Source: Hyphomonadaceae bacterium
GTDB lineage: Bacteria > Pseudomonadota > Alphaproteobacteria > Caulobacterales > Hyphomonadaceae
Length of the DNA: 64,000 nucleotides
Direction: 5' to 3'
Assembly (NCBI GenBank): GCA_030697555.1
Contig: JAUYPV010000109.1
Coordinates: forward strand, 7,227-71,226
The notes beneath the pieces were generated by a model. The model ran no database searches. It was given only the letters and a program-made list of their open reading frames with translations, and was not told the DNA's origin. Numbering within the stretch: position 1 is the first letter of the stretch; each line of letters opens with the position of its first letter. Below are positions 9,545-19,178 of this stretch, piece after piece. A program made the position numbers and the translations under genes.

Positions 9545-10810
9545 ATGACACCGGAAATACTCGAAGCGCTTCAGCGGCTCGCCATGGCCCTCGCGATCGG
9601 ATTTCTCGTGGGGGTCGAGCGCGGGTGGAAGCAGCGCGACGAAGAGGACGGCGAACGCGTCGCCGGCCTCCGGACGTTTGCGCTTTCCGGCCTGTTCGGA
9701 GGGGTTGCCGGCCTGTCGCTGCCATTGGCAGGGCCTTTCTTTTTGGCCGCGACCACGCTGGCGTTCGCAGCCGCTTTCATTGCGTTCCATCTCCGCGATG
9801 CCGACCCCAACAACAAGTCGGTGACCTCCGTGGTTACGGGTCTGATGGTCTTCGGCCTCGGCGTCTATGCGGCGCTCGGCAGCCTTGTTGTTGCGGCGGC
9901 GGCGGCGGTCGCGATCACTGCGATCCTGGCGTTCAAGCAGACGCTTCATCGCTGGCTGGCGTCGCTGAGCTGGCCGGAGATCCGCTCTGCGCTCCTGATC
10001 CTGGCGGCGACCTTCATTGCACTGCCCATCCTTCCCGACCGGCCGATCGACCCATGGGGCGCCGTCAACCCACGTTCGCTTTGGCTGCTCACGATCCTTT
10101 TGGCCTCAGCGACGTTCGGCGGCTATGTCGCGCTCAAGGCGCTCGGGCCAAAGTCAGGCCTTCTTGTCAGCGCGCTGGCGGGCGCGGTCGTGTCCTCAAC
10201 TGCCGTGACGGTCGACCTCGCGCGCCGTTCGAAAAAGGGCGAAACGCCGCCACGCGATGCTGCGGCCGCAGCCACGCTCGCAATGGTGGTGAGCCTCACG
10301 CGCGTAGGGATCATTGGCTCCGCCCTGTCCGCTGGCATCGCGTTGCGCGTCTGGATTCCACTTGGCGCGGCGATCCTCGTATCCCTGGTCTTCGCCGCTA
10401 TCGTAGCGCTGGCCGACCGGGGCCGGAAGAACGAAGCTAGCCAAAGGGCTCTGCGCAATCCGCTCGATATCGTTTCGGTTGGGGTGTTCGCAGCGCTTCT
10501 CGTCGTGCTGACTATCGCCGCGAAACTGGCGGCTGTCTGGTTCGGCGACATGGGGCTCAATGCCTTCGCTGCAACGGCGGGTCTTGTGGACGTCGACGCC
10601 GTCACGCTCGCCGTCGGCAGTATGGAGGGGCTAGCCCCAGCGTCAGCGGCGCTCGCAATCCTGATCGCCGCGGCCGCCAATACGGCGTTCAAGGCGGGCG
10701 TGGCGGTCGCTACAGGTGGGTGTGGGTTTGCGCTGTGGTTTGGCGCGGCATGCCTTGGGGCTCTTGCGGCCGGGGCGGGTGGTTTCGCGGCAGCCGCCAT
10801 CTGGACATGA
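9545..10810 (+). CDS. MgtC/SapB family membrane protein with DUF4010-like C-terminal half
   Basis: 'LAIGFLVGVERGWKQR…AGLRTFALSGL' is the MgtC-type N-terminus. The protein is polytopic and hydrophobic throughout. Confidence 0.75.
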   Translation: MTPEILEALQRLAMALAIGFLVGVERGWKQRDEEDGERVAGLRTFALSGLFGGVAGLSLPLAGPFFLAATTLAFAAAFIAFHLRDADPNNKSVTSVVTGLMVFGLGVYAALGSLVVAAAAAVAITAILAFKQTLHRWLASLSWPEIRSALLILAATFIALPILPDRPIDPWGAVNPRSLWLLTILLASATFGGYVALKALGPKSGLLVSALAGAVVSSTAVTVDLARRSKKGETPPRDAAAAATLAMVVSLTRVGIIGSALSAGIALRVWIPLGAAILVSLVFAAIVALADRGRKNEASQRALRNPLDIVSVGVFAALLVVLTIAAKLAAVWFGDMGLNAFAATAGLVDVDAVTLAVGSMEGLAPASAALAILIAAAANTAFKAGVAVATGGCGFALWFGAACLGALAAGAGGFAAAAIWT

Positions 10811-10879
10811 GAGTAGATGGATTTCGGCGGCGTTTGCCTTGACCGGGAACGCCGGTCCGGCTAGCGCGGGGTTCTCCCA

Positions 10880-10955
10880 GGGCGGTTAGCTCAGCTGGCA
10901 GAGCGCCTGCTTTACACGCAGGATGTCGGCGGTTCGATCCCGTCACCGCCCACCA
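10880..10955 (+). tRNA. tRNA-Val (anticodon TAC), CCA encoded
   Basis: Manual cloverleaf: acceptor GGGCGGT/ACCGCCC, D arm GCTC-AGCTGGCA-GAGC, anticodon stem CCTGC/GCAGG with loop TTTACAC, T loop TTCGATC. Length 76 nt. Confidence 0.9.
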
Positions 10956-10983
10956 GCCTTCGCTCAAATCAATGCAGGCGAGA

Positions 10984-11526
10984 TCAGGCCGCCGTACGAA
11001 CCGCGTCCAACCGGGACTTGAGGTTGGTCAGGTCGCTCAGGAGCGACTCCAGGCGTTCCTTGGCGACGTTGTTCTCGCGAACTTCCGGTTCGCGGAAATC
11101 GCCACGCTCCACCGCATCGCGCACGGCGTCCTGCAGATCGCGCACGGATGCGCCCGTGTCACCGGCTAGCGGCATCTCTTCAGCCCCGTTCTCGTCGCTG
11201 ACCGAAGCCGCCCCCGGCTCCCCCGCTAAGTCAGAGTCGATCGCCTTGAGGGCGCCGCGGATGGTCAGCCCCTGCACGTGGAGGAGATTCTGGAGCTTGC
11301 GCAACACCTCCATATCCTCGGGCCGGTAGAAGCGGCGACCGTCCGGGCGTTTCATGGGGCGGAGATTGTCGAACTTGGTTTCCCAGAAGCGCAGGACGTG
11401 GGTCTTTAGGCCGAGTTCCTGTGCAGCCTCGCCGATGGTGCGGAAGGCGTCAGCCGACTTGGCCTCGTCGATTGGGCGGACGGAATCCGACTCGAATGGC
11501 ATTTCGGCCTTGGCTGCGGAATTCAT
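10984..11526 (-). CDS. MerR family transcriptional regulator
   Basis: HTH 'IGEAAQELGLKTHVLRFWETKF…RPDGRRFYRPEDMEVL'. It lies immediately downstream of ihfA (adjacent, sharing base 11526). Confidence 0.8.
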   Translation of the reverse strand: MNSAAKAEMPFESDSVRPIDEAKSADAFRTIGEAAQELGLKTHVLRFWETKFDNLRPMKRPDGRRFYRPEDMEVLRKLQNLLHVQGLTIRGALKAIDSDLAGEPGAASVSDENGAEEMPLAGDTGASVRDLQDAVRDAVERGDFREPEVRENNVAKERLESLLSDLTNLKSRLDAVRTAA

Positions 11527-11837
11527 CAGGGGCTCCGGGAGCTCATCGCTGCTTCAACCCTCTGCCTCAAAAGTGGAGAAGGTTTGAACGACACCACCCG
11601 CCTTGCCGTGATCGGAGCCTCTTCGCCGGTCTTTGGATTGCGACCGACACGGGCTTTTTTCCGACGCACTACGAAGTTGCCGAAACGCGCAAACTTCACG
11701 TCCTCGTCCCGTTCCAGCTCGGCGCACACAAGCTCTAGTACGCGCTCGAGGAAATTGCTGGAGTCCTGCTTGGTCAGCCCGACCTTCTGGACGAGCTTGT
11801 CGACGATCTCTGCGCGCGTGAGTGTGTTCTCAGGCAC
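11526..11837 (-). CDS. ihfA: Integration host factor subunit alpha
   Basis: 'LTRAEIVDKLVQKVGL…FGNFVVRRKKARVGRNPKTGEEAPITARRVVSFKPS' is the canonical IHF/HU fold sequence. Confidence 0.93.
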   Translation of the reverse strand: MPENTLTRAEIVDKLVQKVGLTKQDSSNFLERVLELVCAELERDEDVKFARFGNFVVRRKKARVGRNPKTGEEAPITARRVVSFKPSPLLRQRVEAAMSSRSP

Positions 11838-11943
11838 TCGATGTCTCCGGGGCGATGTGATGCAGGCTAACGGCGCCCGAATCGGATGTTAAGGGGGATT
11901 ATTGTCAAATCCCGAATAATTTCATCCGTTTACATAATTTTAG

Positions 11944-12918
11944 TCAAATGCGGATCAAGGCTGATCCCCAGGTGAGCCCGCCGCCGATTGCCTCGATAAG
12001 TACGAGATCGCCGGGCTTCACGCGTCCATCATCAACTGCCGCCGCCAGCGCCAGAGGTACCGAGGCCGCCGACGTGTTGCCGTGCTCGGCGACCGTGGAC
12101 ACGACTTTCGCTTCGTCGAGCCCCAGTTTTTCGGCAACAGCCGATAGGATTCGCTGGTTGGCCTGGTGCGGCACGAACCAGTCGACATCGTCGATCGTGC
12201 AGCCAGCCTGCTCGACCGCAGCCTTCACGCTTTCGGAGATTTTCGAGACAGCGTGCTTGAAGACCTGGTTGCCGACCATCCTGAGGTGACCGACGGTCTG
12301 CGTGGTCGAGGGGCCGCCGTCGACATAGAGCAGGTCCTTGTAGCGCCCGTCGGAGCGCAGGTGGACTGACTTCACGCCGCGCTCGCCCGCGACCTTCTTG
12401 TCCTGCCGTTCTAAGACAATCGCCCCCGCCCCGTCGCCGAACAGAACGCAGGTGGAGCGGTCGGACCAGTCGAGAATGCGCGAGAACGTCTCGGCGCCGA
12501 TCACCAGCGCACGCTCGAACTGGCCGCGCGCGAGGAAGTTGTCGGCGGTGGCGATGGCGTAGACGAAGCCGGAGCAAACCGCCTGCACGTCGAACGCCGC
12601 GCCGCGGGTGATGCCGAGCTTGTTTTGCACGATGGTGGCGGTGGCCGGGAAGGTATGGTCCGGCGTCGCTGTCGCAACGATGATGAGGTCGATGTCATCG
12701 GCCTTGACGCCCGCCGCCTTCAGCGCGCGCTTGGAGGCGATGGCGGCGAGGTCCGAGGTGGCCTCCCCGTCCGCCGCGATGTGGCGTTTCTTGATGCCGG
12801 TGCGGGCGGTGATCCACTCGTCGGTGGTGTCGACCATGCGTGCGAGGTCGTCGTTGGTCAGCACTTTTTCGGGGAGGTAGCCGCCCACGCCGCGCACGAC
12901 CGATGCGTATTCGTTCAC
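11944..12918 (-). CDS. fabH: Beta-ketoacyl-ACP synthase III
   Basis: Active-site Cys context '[14 protein letters not shown]'. C-terminal 'VPHQANQRI…[12 protein letters not shown]' supplies the His/Asn motifs. Confidence 0.95.
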   Translation of the reverse strand: MNEYASVVRGVGGYLPEKVLTNDDLARMVDTTDEWITARTGIKKRHIAADGEATSDLAAIASKRALKAAGVKADDIDLIIVATATPDHTFPATATIVQNKLGITRGAAFDVQAVCSGFVYAIATADNFLARGQFERALVIGAETFSRILDWSDRSTCVLFGDGAGAIVLERQDKKVAGERGVKSVHLRSDGRYKDLLYVDGGPSTTQTVGHLRMVGNQVFKHAVSKISESVKAAVEQAGCTIDDVDWFVPHQANQRILSAVAEKLGLDEAKVVSTVAEHGNTSAASVPLALAAAVDDGRVKPGDLVLIEAIGGGLTWGSALIRI

Positions 12919-12977
12919 GTCAACGCCTCGTCACTGAACACTGTACAATGGGAACTCTGCGCAGAGGGCATGGTTGC

Positions 12978-14045
12978 TTACTTGGCAGCTTCCTGGCTGG
13001 GCGCAATGGCGGGCGATATGGCGTCCGCACTGGCGACCAGCCGCTTGAGGTTTTCGGCAACCTCGTCGCGAAAATGGCTCTCACCCATGCCAGCCGCCAC
13101 CGAGATTGCCTGTTCGAAGCCTACCCCGTCGGTGCCGCCATGGCTTTTCACCACGACGCCGTTGAGGCCAAGGAACACCGCTCCGTTCACCCTACGGGGA
13201 TCGAGGCGCGACCTGAACTTCTTCAGCGCCGGCATCGCCAGCAGGGCGCCCAGCATTGAGAACGGTCCCGACTTCAGCGACTCCCGCAGCATGTCGGCGA
13301 CCATCTTGACCATCCCTTCGGCGGTCTTGAGCGCGACGTTGCCGGTGAAGCCGTCGGTGACGACGACATCGACTTCACCGGAGACGATGTCGTCGCCTTC
13401 AACGAAGCCGTGGAAATTCATCTGCAGGTTTGCCGTACGGATCAGGCGCGCAGCCTCGCGGATCGACTCGTGGCCTTTTAGCTCTTCCGATCCGATATTC
13501 AGCAGCGCAACTTTCGGATTGGCCTTGCCGTTCACGGCGCGCGCATAGGCAACGCCCATGATCGCGAATTCGACGAGCTGTTCCGCGTCAGCATCTATGT
13601 CGGCGCCGAGATCGAGCACGGCGCAGACGCCCTTGCGTGTCGGCCAGCTCGCGACCAGCGCCGGCCGGCGCAGGCCTTCCACTTTGCGAAGGATGAACAT
13701 CGACAGCGCCATCAGCGCGCCTGTGTTGCCGGCGGAGACAGCGGCCACGGCTTCACCGGTCTTCACGGCTTCGATGGCGTTCCACATCGACGAGCCCTTG
13801 CCCTGGCGCAGCATCTGCGCGGGCTTGTCGTCCATAGTGATGAATTTCTCGGTGTGGCGGATCGTCGTGCGCGGCGATGCATTCGGCGCGGACGCAAGGA
13901 GCGGTTTCAACTTCGCCTCATCGCCATGGATCAGGAAGTGGAGATCAGGTCTGCGTTTGGCAAAACGTTCCAGCCCGTCGACGACGATGCCCGGAGCATC
14001 GTCACCGCCCATGCCGTCGATGGAAATGACCTTGCGATCACCCAT
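12978..14045 (-). CDS. plsX: Phosphate acyltransferase PlsX
   Basis: 'ISIDGMGGDDAPG' is the PlsX N-terminal signature. The start is chosen at MGDRKVI; the ORF extends to 14129. It lies upstream of fabH as usual. Confidence 0.92.
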   Translation of the reverse strand: MGDRKVISIDGMGGDDAPGIVVDGLERFAKRRPDLHFLIHGDEAKLKPLLASAPNASPRTTIRHTEKFITMDDKPAQMLRQGKGSSMWNAIEAVKTGEAVAAVSAGNTGALMALSMFILRKVEGLRRPALVASWPTRKGVCAVLDLGADIDADAEQLVEFAIMGVAYARAVNGKANPKVALLNIGSEELKGHESIREAARLIRTANLQMNFHGFVEGDDIVSGEVDVVVTDGFTGNVALKTAEGMVKMVADMLRESLKSGPFSMLGALLAMPALKKFRSRLDPRRVNGAVFLGLNGVVVKSHGGTDGVGFEQAISVAAGMGESHFRDEVAENLKRLVASADAISPAIAPSQEAAK

Positions 14046-14246
14046 GTCCGCGAAGCGCTCCAACCAGTGGCGTGGCCTGACCCGAACGGCCTGAAGCTGC
14101 CGCCCGCCCCGATCCGACGCTTCAGACATACGCCATGGCGAGCCCGGGCGGAATCACCCCCGTCCGGCCATGGCTGAGGTCTAATATCACGTGGAAACGG
14201 GTGTAACAGGCCCTGCGACAGCCCCCGCCTGCGGCTGTTTGGGCCC

Positions 14247-14780
14247 TTATGCGAGCGTCAGCTTGGGCCAGTTGACCTCGCCCGAAAGAAGCTGGGGATT
14301 TTCGTGGCGCTGGAGCGTGTCCTCGACCAGCCGGACATAGCGGCAAAATCGGTCGGTTTCGGCTTCCCTGACGCCCAGGTTGCGCTGCAGCGCCTTGCCG
14401 AGGGCTTCGGCCGGAGCGTCTTCCGCCAGCGCCTCTTCATAGGCCTTGGCGCGGCCGTAGAAAGCCTCGCCCATCTTGCGGATCTTCTTGCCCACGGAGA
14501 GATCGCCTGTGCCGATGTCGCGCAGGGCTTCGTCGAACCCGTGGAAGAGCGCGTCGAACGTGTCCTGGGACAGGTCCTTGCCGGCCTGGCCCGCGCTACG
14601 CAGCCGCCGGAACACCAGGCAAGCGTGCAGCGACGTCATCTCGAACCGGCCGGAGAAATTGTCGCGGGCGCCGCCCTCGTAATAGAAGTCCGGACGCAGG
14701 GAATGGTTCTGGATGGAGCTGTGAAGCTTGTCGACCGCCCAGCGGTTGCGCTTCTGCTTCTGGAGCCATTTGCCTAGCAC
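14247..14780 (-). CDS. Ubiquinol-cytochrome c chaperone (Cbp3-like) domain protein
   Basis: 177 aa. 'FSGRFEMTSLHACLVFRRL…DTFDALFHGFDEALRDIG' resembles the ubiquinol-cyt c chaperone family. Recognised from memory. Confidence 0.6.
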   Translation of the reverse strand: MLGKWLQKQKRNRWAVDKLHSSIQNHSLRPDFYYEGGARDNFSGRFEMTSLHACLVFRRLRSAGQAGKDLSQDTFDALFHGFDEALRDIGTGDLSVGKKIRKMGEAFYGRAKAYEEALAEDAPAEALGKALQRNLGVREAETDRFCRYVRLVEDTLQRHENPQLLSGEVNWPKLTLA

Positions 14781-14978
14781 TTACTGCCTCCAGGGCCTTC
14801 CGGAAAGCGCGGACACTAGCAGGGTTCGTGCGGCGGGGAAGTTGGACGTTTGAGAAAACCTGGCCGCGAGATGATGGGCAAGATCATGCCTCAATTAGGC
14901 GGTCTGTTCGCCTGTCCGGAAGCCTTGCCAAGCCGCCCGGTGGGCCTGTACCAAGCCTGCTAGTTCCGGAGTTTTCCC

Positions 14979-15467
14979 ATGGACCTGCGCCGCATCGCAC
15001 TTGCAGGACTTGCCGCCGCGGCTCTTACCGGCTGCGCAGCGACGCGCGACTTCCACGGCTATGTTCCGGACCAGGCCCTGCCCGGCGACGTGCAACCCTC
15101 CGTCGACACGCGCTCAACCGTGCTTGCGCGCCTCGGCACGCCATCGACCAGCTCGGTCTTCGACGACAAGCTGTGGGTCTACATGTCTTCGACCCGCGAG
15201 CTGTTGACCTTCTACTATCCTAAGGTCGTGCAACGCGAGATCGTGGCGATCCAGTTCGACGACGAGGATGTCGTCTCCGACGTGCTGGTCTACGACGTCA
15301 ACGACGGCCGTGTGCTGGAATACAATTCACGGGTGACGCCGACGCGCGGCCGCGAACTTGGGATCCTCGAGCAATTGTTCGGCACGCTGGGCAGCCTGCG
15401 CAACCAGCTGCCCGGGCAGCAACAGGAAGACCGTCAGCCTGGCGAATCCCCCGGCCGCGACAACTAG
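14979..15467 (+). CDS. bamE: Outer membrane protein assembly factor BamE (SmpA/OmlA lipoprotein)
   Basis: Lipobox 'LTGC', then 'HGYVPDQALPGDVQPSVDTRSTVLARLGTPS', typical of the BamE domain. Confidence 0.85.
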   Translation: MDLRRIALAGLAAAALTGCAATRDFHGYVPDQALPGDVQPSVDTRSTVLARLGTPSTSSVFDDKLWVYMSSTRELLTFYYPKVVQREIVAIQFDDEDVVSDVLVYDVNDGRVLEYNSRVTPTRGRELGILEQLFGTLGSLRNQLPGQQQEDRQPGESPGRDN

Positions 15468-15475
15468 GTCCTGAC

Positions 15476-15931
15476 CTAGTTTCCGGCCTGGCTAGCGATC
15501 TGCGTGAATGTCATCGTCACCAGCGCGTCCTTCTCGCCGATAGACTGATTGGCCGCCTTCAGGCATTCGGCAGCGGCCAGCTTTTCGTCGAGCTTGTTGA
15601 CGTCGTCCTTCATGGCGAAGCTGGTGCGGTGCGCGGCGCGGACAACGGCGTCGCGGATGAAGTGGCCCTTGTCGCGATACTTGAACGGATCCCTGCCGGG
15701 GCCGACCAGCATGCGCGCATTGACGAATAGGTAGTTCTTCAGCTTGCCCTTGGCATCGAAGATCGGAAACACGAGTCCGCCGAGTTCGACCGAGCGCGCG
15801 ATTTCCTTCTCGTCGGCGGTCTGCTTTTCTTCTTCGCCATGACCGCCGGCGGGCGGGGCGGCGTGAGCCGGCGCCGTAGCCAGCAGCGCGGCGAAAGCGG
15901 CAATGAACAGGCGGCGGCGGGACAGGCGCAT
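15476..15931 (-). CDS. Hypothetical exported protein (twin-Arg-like signal)
   Basis: 'MRLSRRRLFIAAFAALLATAPAHA' signal peptide. GGAG lies 9-12 nt before the ATG at 15931. A terminator upstream argues against the longer 16006 start. No family recognised. Confidence 0.6.
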   Translation of the reverse strand: MRLSRRRLFIAAFAALLATAPAHAAPPAGGHGEEEKQTADEKEIARSVELGGLVFPIFDAKGKLKNYLFVNARMLVGPGRDPFKYRDKGHFIRDAVVRAAHRTSFAMKDDVNKLDEKLAAAECLKAANQSIGEKDALVTMTFTQIASQAGN

Positions 15932-16005
15932 GGGGAAACTCCGTCGTGCAGCATCGGGCAGAATGGTTAGGGCGACGTTTACCCGCGCCGGAGCCCCGTC
16001 CCACA

Positions 16006-16035
16006 ACGCAAAACGCCCCGGTCGATGACCGGGGC
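16006..16035 (-). terminator. Rho-independent terminator after the 673-aa lipoprotein gene
   Basis: Perfect 9-bp stem GCCCCGGTC/GACCGGGGC (16015-16035) with a 3-nt loop. On the minus strand it is followed by GTTTTGCGTT. Confidence 0.6.
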
Positions 16036-16058
16036 GCCGTTGCTTTAGTCGCGTTTGG

Positions 16059-18080
16059 CTACTGGCCGCCAGACTTCGGCGCGGCAGGCGCCGTCGCAGC
16101 AGCCGGCTGAGCCGGCTGCGGTCGCCGCATCGCCTGCATCATCTTCAGGACGTTATCGAGTTCGCCCTGATCGATGCCGCCATCCTTGTTGGCGTCGCCC
16201 ATTTCGAACGCGCCCGGAGCGGCTGCCAACTGAGCAAATTGCCCTCGCAGTTCGGCCTTCTGCAGCTTGTCGTCGAGGTTGTCGTCCATCATGCCCATCA
16301 GGCGGGCCTGATTCAGAAGCTGGTCATAGTTCGTCTGCTTCTCGACCGTCTCGTCGGCCCAGCGATAGCGCAGCGAGGTATAGAACATTTCCTCGAACGA
16401 CTGGTCGCCCCACTCGATTTTCTTGGATGGATCCGGGTTGGCCGGATTCCGCTTGGAGTTGTCGTAGATGTAGGTGGCGACGACTTTCGAGCCGGCCTTG
16501 ATGTTGATCGGCTTGTCGAACTGGTACATGCGCTGCCAGTTGAAATCGTAGAACGGCACGTTGAGAATCGTCTCGCGCTTGCCGGCCGGATCGATGATCT
16601 CGAGCTTCGAGTACGTGCCGCGATAGTGGGCGTGTACGACGGCGGTGTGCAGGATCGCATCCTTCGGGAAGTTGAAGTAGGCGATTTCCTTATGCGCCGG
16701 ATCGTTGGCCGGGATCTCGATGAACTGGTCGACCAGCGGCATCTCGCGCATCATCAAGTCAGGCTTCTCGCCGTCCTTGTAGAAGTAGAGGCCGATCTGC
16801 TCGGCTGAGACGGCTTCCTTACCAAACGGCGTGTAGTGCATCTGGAACGCGAGCTCGCCGCCCTTAGGGATGTACGTACCCATGCCTTTCGGGTTCACAA
16901 CGGATTCCATGCCGACCGTGTAGCCGCCCACCGACGACGACCAGTTTTGCATACCCTTGTTCGACTCGCCTTCCTTGACGAAGCCCGAGAGGATGTGGTG
17001 GACGCCCTGACGCTGCGAGACTTTCGCCGTCGAGGCCTTCAGCCAGCGACCTTCGGTCAACGGGTTGGCGACAAGCGGGTATTGGTAATCGACATAGCCC
17101 GACGCCGGGATGGTGTACTTAGGAATATTGACAACAACGTCTGGCTTGCCGAGCGGCCAATCCGGAGCGACGTGCTTGACCCGCGCAAGCGGGTCATCGC
17201 CTTCGCCGCGCGGAGCGCCAGCTTCGACCCAGTGAACGAGCGTCTTGATCTGGTCGGGCGAGAGCGACTTGTCATCCGCGAACTTGCCGACATGCGGATC
17301 GACGTCCCACGGCGGCATGCGATCGGTGCGCACGGCCTCGCGGATCATCGGCGCGAAGCCTTTGACCTTCGCGTAGCTGTCCATGGCGAACGGCGCGATG
17401 CCGCCCTCCTGGTGGCAGGCGACGCATTTCTGCTCGAGCATCGGCGCGATCGTGGTGGAGTAGGAGATCTTGGCGAACTCAGCCTTGGCCTGCTTGGACC
17501 GCGCCGGGAACTTGATCGCCGCGCCCTTCGCCGGAACAGAGGCGACGCTCACAGCCTTGCCTGACGAGACCGCGTCGATCGCGTCCGCCGACAGAGCGCC
17601 GTGATACGCGATCTTCCACGTCTTGGGATCGACAACGAACGTTTCACCGACGCGCGTCGCGCCGATCTGCTCGCCGACGAGCTGCAGGTCATCCTGCAGG
17701 ATCGGAATGGTAATCGAATTCTTCTGCGCATCGGCCAGCATGGCCTCGCGCGTGTCGCCGGGGTTCGAGTTCACCAGCAGGAACTCGACGCCCTTGGACA
17801 CGTAGGCCGCGTGCAGCTTCTCGAGTTCGGGCGCCTGTTTGGCGGTTTCCGGGCTGCCGGCGCCGTGCATCACCAGTACGATCGCGGAGGCGTCTTTCAT
17901 CCGGTAGAGGTCGTGAGCGAAACCGTCCGCCGAGACGAGGCGGAAGTTGTCGATGCGCGCGGGAAGCGGCGCCTCGGAAGACAGATTGGCGACTGACGTG
18001 GTGGGCGGGCTCTGCTGGGCGCAGCTAGCGACGATAGCGAGCACCAGCCCAATGGCGGTAGCGGTAAGAGTGCGTGACAT
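16059..18080 (-). CDS. Multidomain lipoprotein: Cys-less thioredoxin-like fold, mono-heme cytochrome c site, copper type II (PHM/DBH-like) monooxygenase, C-terminal EF-hand
   Basis: Lipobox 'VASC'. TlpA-like region with 'HGAGSPE' in place of WCxxC. 'CVACH…RMPPW'. Candidate copper ligands 'VHHIL','QMHYTP','HAHYRG','EEMF'. EF-hand loop 'DANKDGGIDQGE'. Start at MSRTL, with SD GAAGGA. Confidence 0.75.
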   Translation of the reverse strand: MSRTLTATAIGLVLAIVASCAQQSPPTTSVANLSSEAPLPARIDNFRLVSADGFAHDLYRMKDASAIVLVMHGAGSPETAKQAPELEKLHAAYVSKGVEFLLVNSNPGDTREAMLADAQKNSITIPILQDDLQLVGEQIGATRVGETFVVDPKTWKIAYHGALSADAIDAVSSGKAVSVASVPAKGAAIKFPARSKQAKAEFAKISYSTTIAPMLEQKCVACHQEGGIAPFAMDSYAKVKGFAPMIREAVRTDRMPPWDVDPHVGKFADDKSLSPDQIKTLVHWVEAGAPRGEGDDPLARVKHVAPDWPLGKPDVVVNIPKYTIPASGYVDYQYPLVANPLTEGRWLKASTAKVSQRQGVHHILSGFVKEGESNKGMQNWSSSVGGYTVGMESVVNPKGMGTYIPKGGELAFQMHYTPFGKEAVSAEQIGLYFYKDGEKPDLMMREMPLVDQFIEIPANDPAHKEIAYFNFPKDAILHTAVVHAHYRGTYSKLEIIDPAGKRETILNVPFYDFNWQRMYQFDKPINIKAGSKVVATYIYDNSKRNPANPDPSKKIEWGDQSFEEMFYTSLRYRWADETVEKQTNYDQLLNQARLMGMMDDNLDDKLQKAELRGQFAQLAAAPGAFEMGDANKDGGIDQGELDNVLKMMQAMRRPQPAQPAAATAPAAPKSGGQ

Positions 18081-18200
18081 GGTGGGAGAATCCTTCAGCC
18101 TCGAAGCAGGCCAGTACATACCGCAAATCTTAACGGCCTGACAGTGTCAGGCTCTGACGTTTCGGTTACTGGCGACGAGAAACGCGTCCGGACGGCTGTC

Positions 18201-19178
18201 TCAGCCCGAAAAATGGGTCCAACCGCCTTTTGGGGGCGTGAGAACGGCGCCCGAAGCATCGACCACTCGCACCCCTTCGCCCTGCTCCACCCCACCGATT
18301 AGCGCGACCGGCTGGCCTGACGCGCGGATCGAGTCGCCAGCCGAAGCTGGTGCTGTGAACAGGGTCTGGTAGTCGTCGCCGCCTGTCAGCAAGGCCATAA
18401 GGTCCGCCTTCGCGTTCGCCAGGAACCCGTGGCCGGCGGCGCTGAGCGGGACATCGGCCGAGCGGATCAGGATGCTGACGCCGGATGCTTCGGCGATATG
18501 GCCGGCGTCGGCGATGAGGCCATCGGAGACATCGATGCTGGCGCTGGCGGATGCGGCGACAAGGTCAGCTATCGGCAGCCGGGGCGGTTCGGGCACGCGG
18601 TATCTCGAGACGAGGAAGTTGCGCGCCTCCGCGCCGAGCGCGCCAAACGCGCCCTTCGCGGCCTGGAGGCCGAGCCAGCCGTCGCCAATCGTTCCGGTGA
18701 CCCAGAGATCATCGCCTGGTTTGGCGCCGGAGCGGCGGACAGGTCCACGCGCACCGACCTTGCCCAAAAGGGTGAGGGTCAGGGTGAGTGGGCCGTCAGT
18801 GGACGTTGTGTCGCCGCCAACGAGGTGCGCGCCCCAGCGTTGCAGATCTGCGCCGAGCGCGCGGGAGAAATCGCCGAGCTGGTTCATGTCGCGGCCCTTG
18901 GGCCAGACCAGCGCGAGCAGCGCTGCATCGGGCTTGCCGCCCTTGGCGATGATGTCGGAGACGTTCACGCGCACCAGCTTCTGCGCGACCGTGCCGATCG
19001 GGTCGTCGGGCAGGAAGTGGATGCCTTCGACGATGGCGTCCTTGGTGGCGATCAGACCCATTCCACCTTCAAGACGGGCGATCTCGGCGACATCATCGCG
19101 CAGACCATCTGCGCCGGGCGAGGTTGCGAGCGGGGCGAAATATCTCCGGATGAGATCGAACTCATCCATCGCTGTCAC
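18201..19178 (-). CDS. thiL: Thiamine-monophosphate kinase
   Basis: 'EFDLIRRYFAP…DDVAEI…ATKDAIVEGIHF' is the AIR-synthase-like ThiL N-terminus. It lies downstream of nusB as in many bacteria. Confidence 0.9.
   Translation of the reverse strand: MTAMDEFDLIRRYFAPLATSPGADGLRDDVAEIARLEGGMGLIATKDAIVEGIHFLPDDPIGTVAQKLVRVNVSDIIAKGGKPDAALLALVWPKGRDMNQLGDFSRALGADLQRWGAHLVGGDTTSTDGPLTLTLTLLGKVGARGPVRRSGAKPGDDLWVTGTIGDGWLGLQAAKGAFGALGAEARNFLVSRYRVPEPPRLPIADLVAASASASIDVSDGLIADAGHIAEASGVSILIRSADVPLSAAGHGFLANAKADLMALLTGGDDYQTLFTAPASAGDSIRASGQPVALIGGVEQGEGVRVVDASGAVLTPPKGGWTHFSG

Noticed and set aside
9148-10440. 430-aa plus-strand ORF spanning the end of the PQQ gene, tRNA-Pro and most of the MgtC gene.
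   Set aside because: It runs straight through a tRNA gene and is out of frame with two supported CDSs. Its translation is Arg/Gly/Pro-rich.
15463-15482. Small palindrome CTAGGT-CCTG-ACCTAG containing the stop codons of the convergent bamE and hypothetical genes.
   Set aside because: The stem is only 6 bp and has no flanking U-tract. It is too weak to call a terminator.
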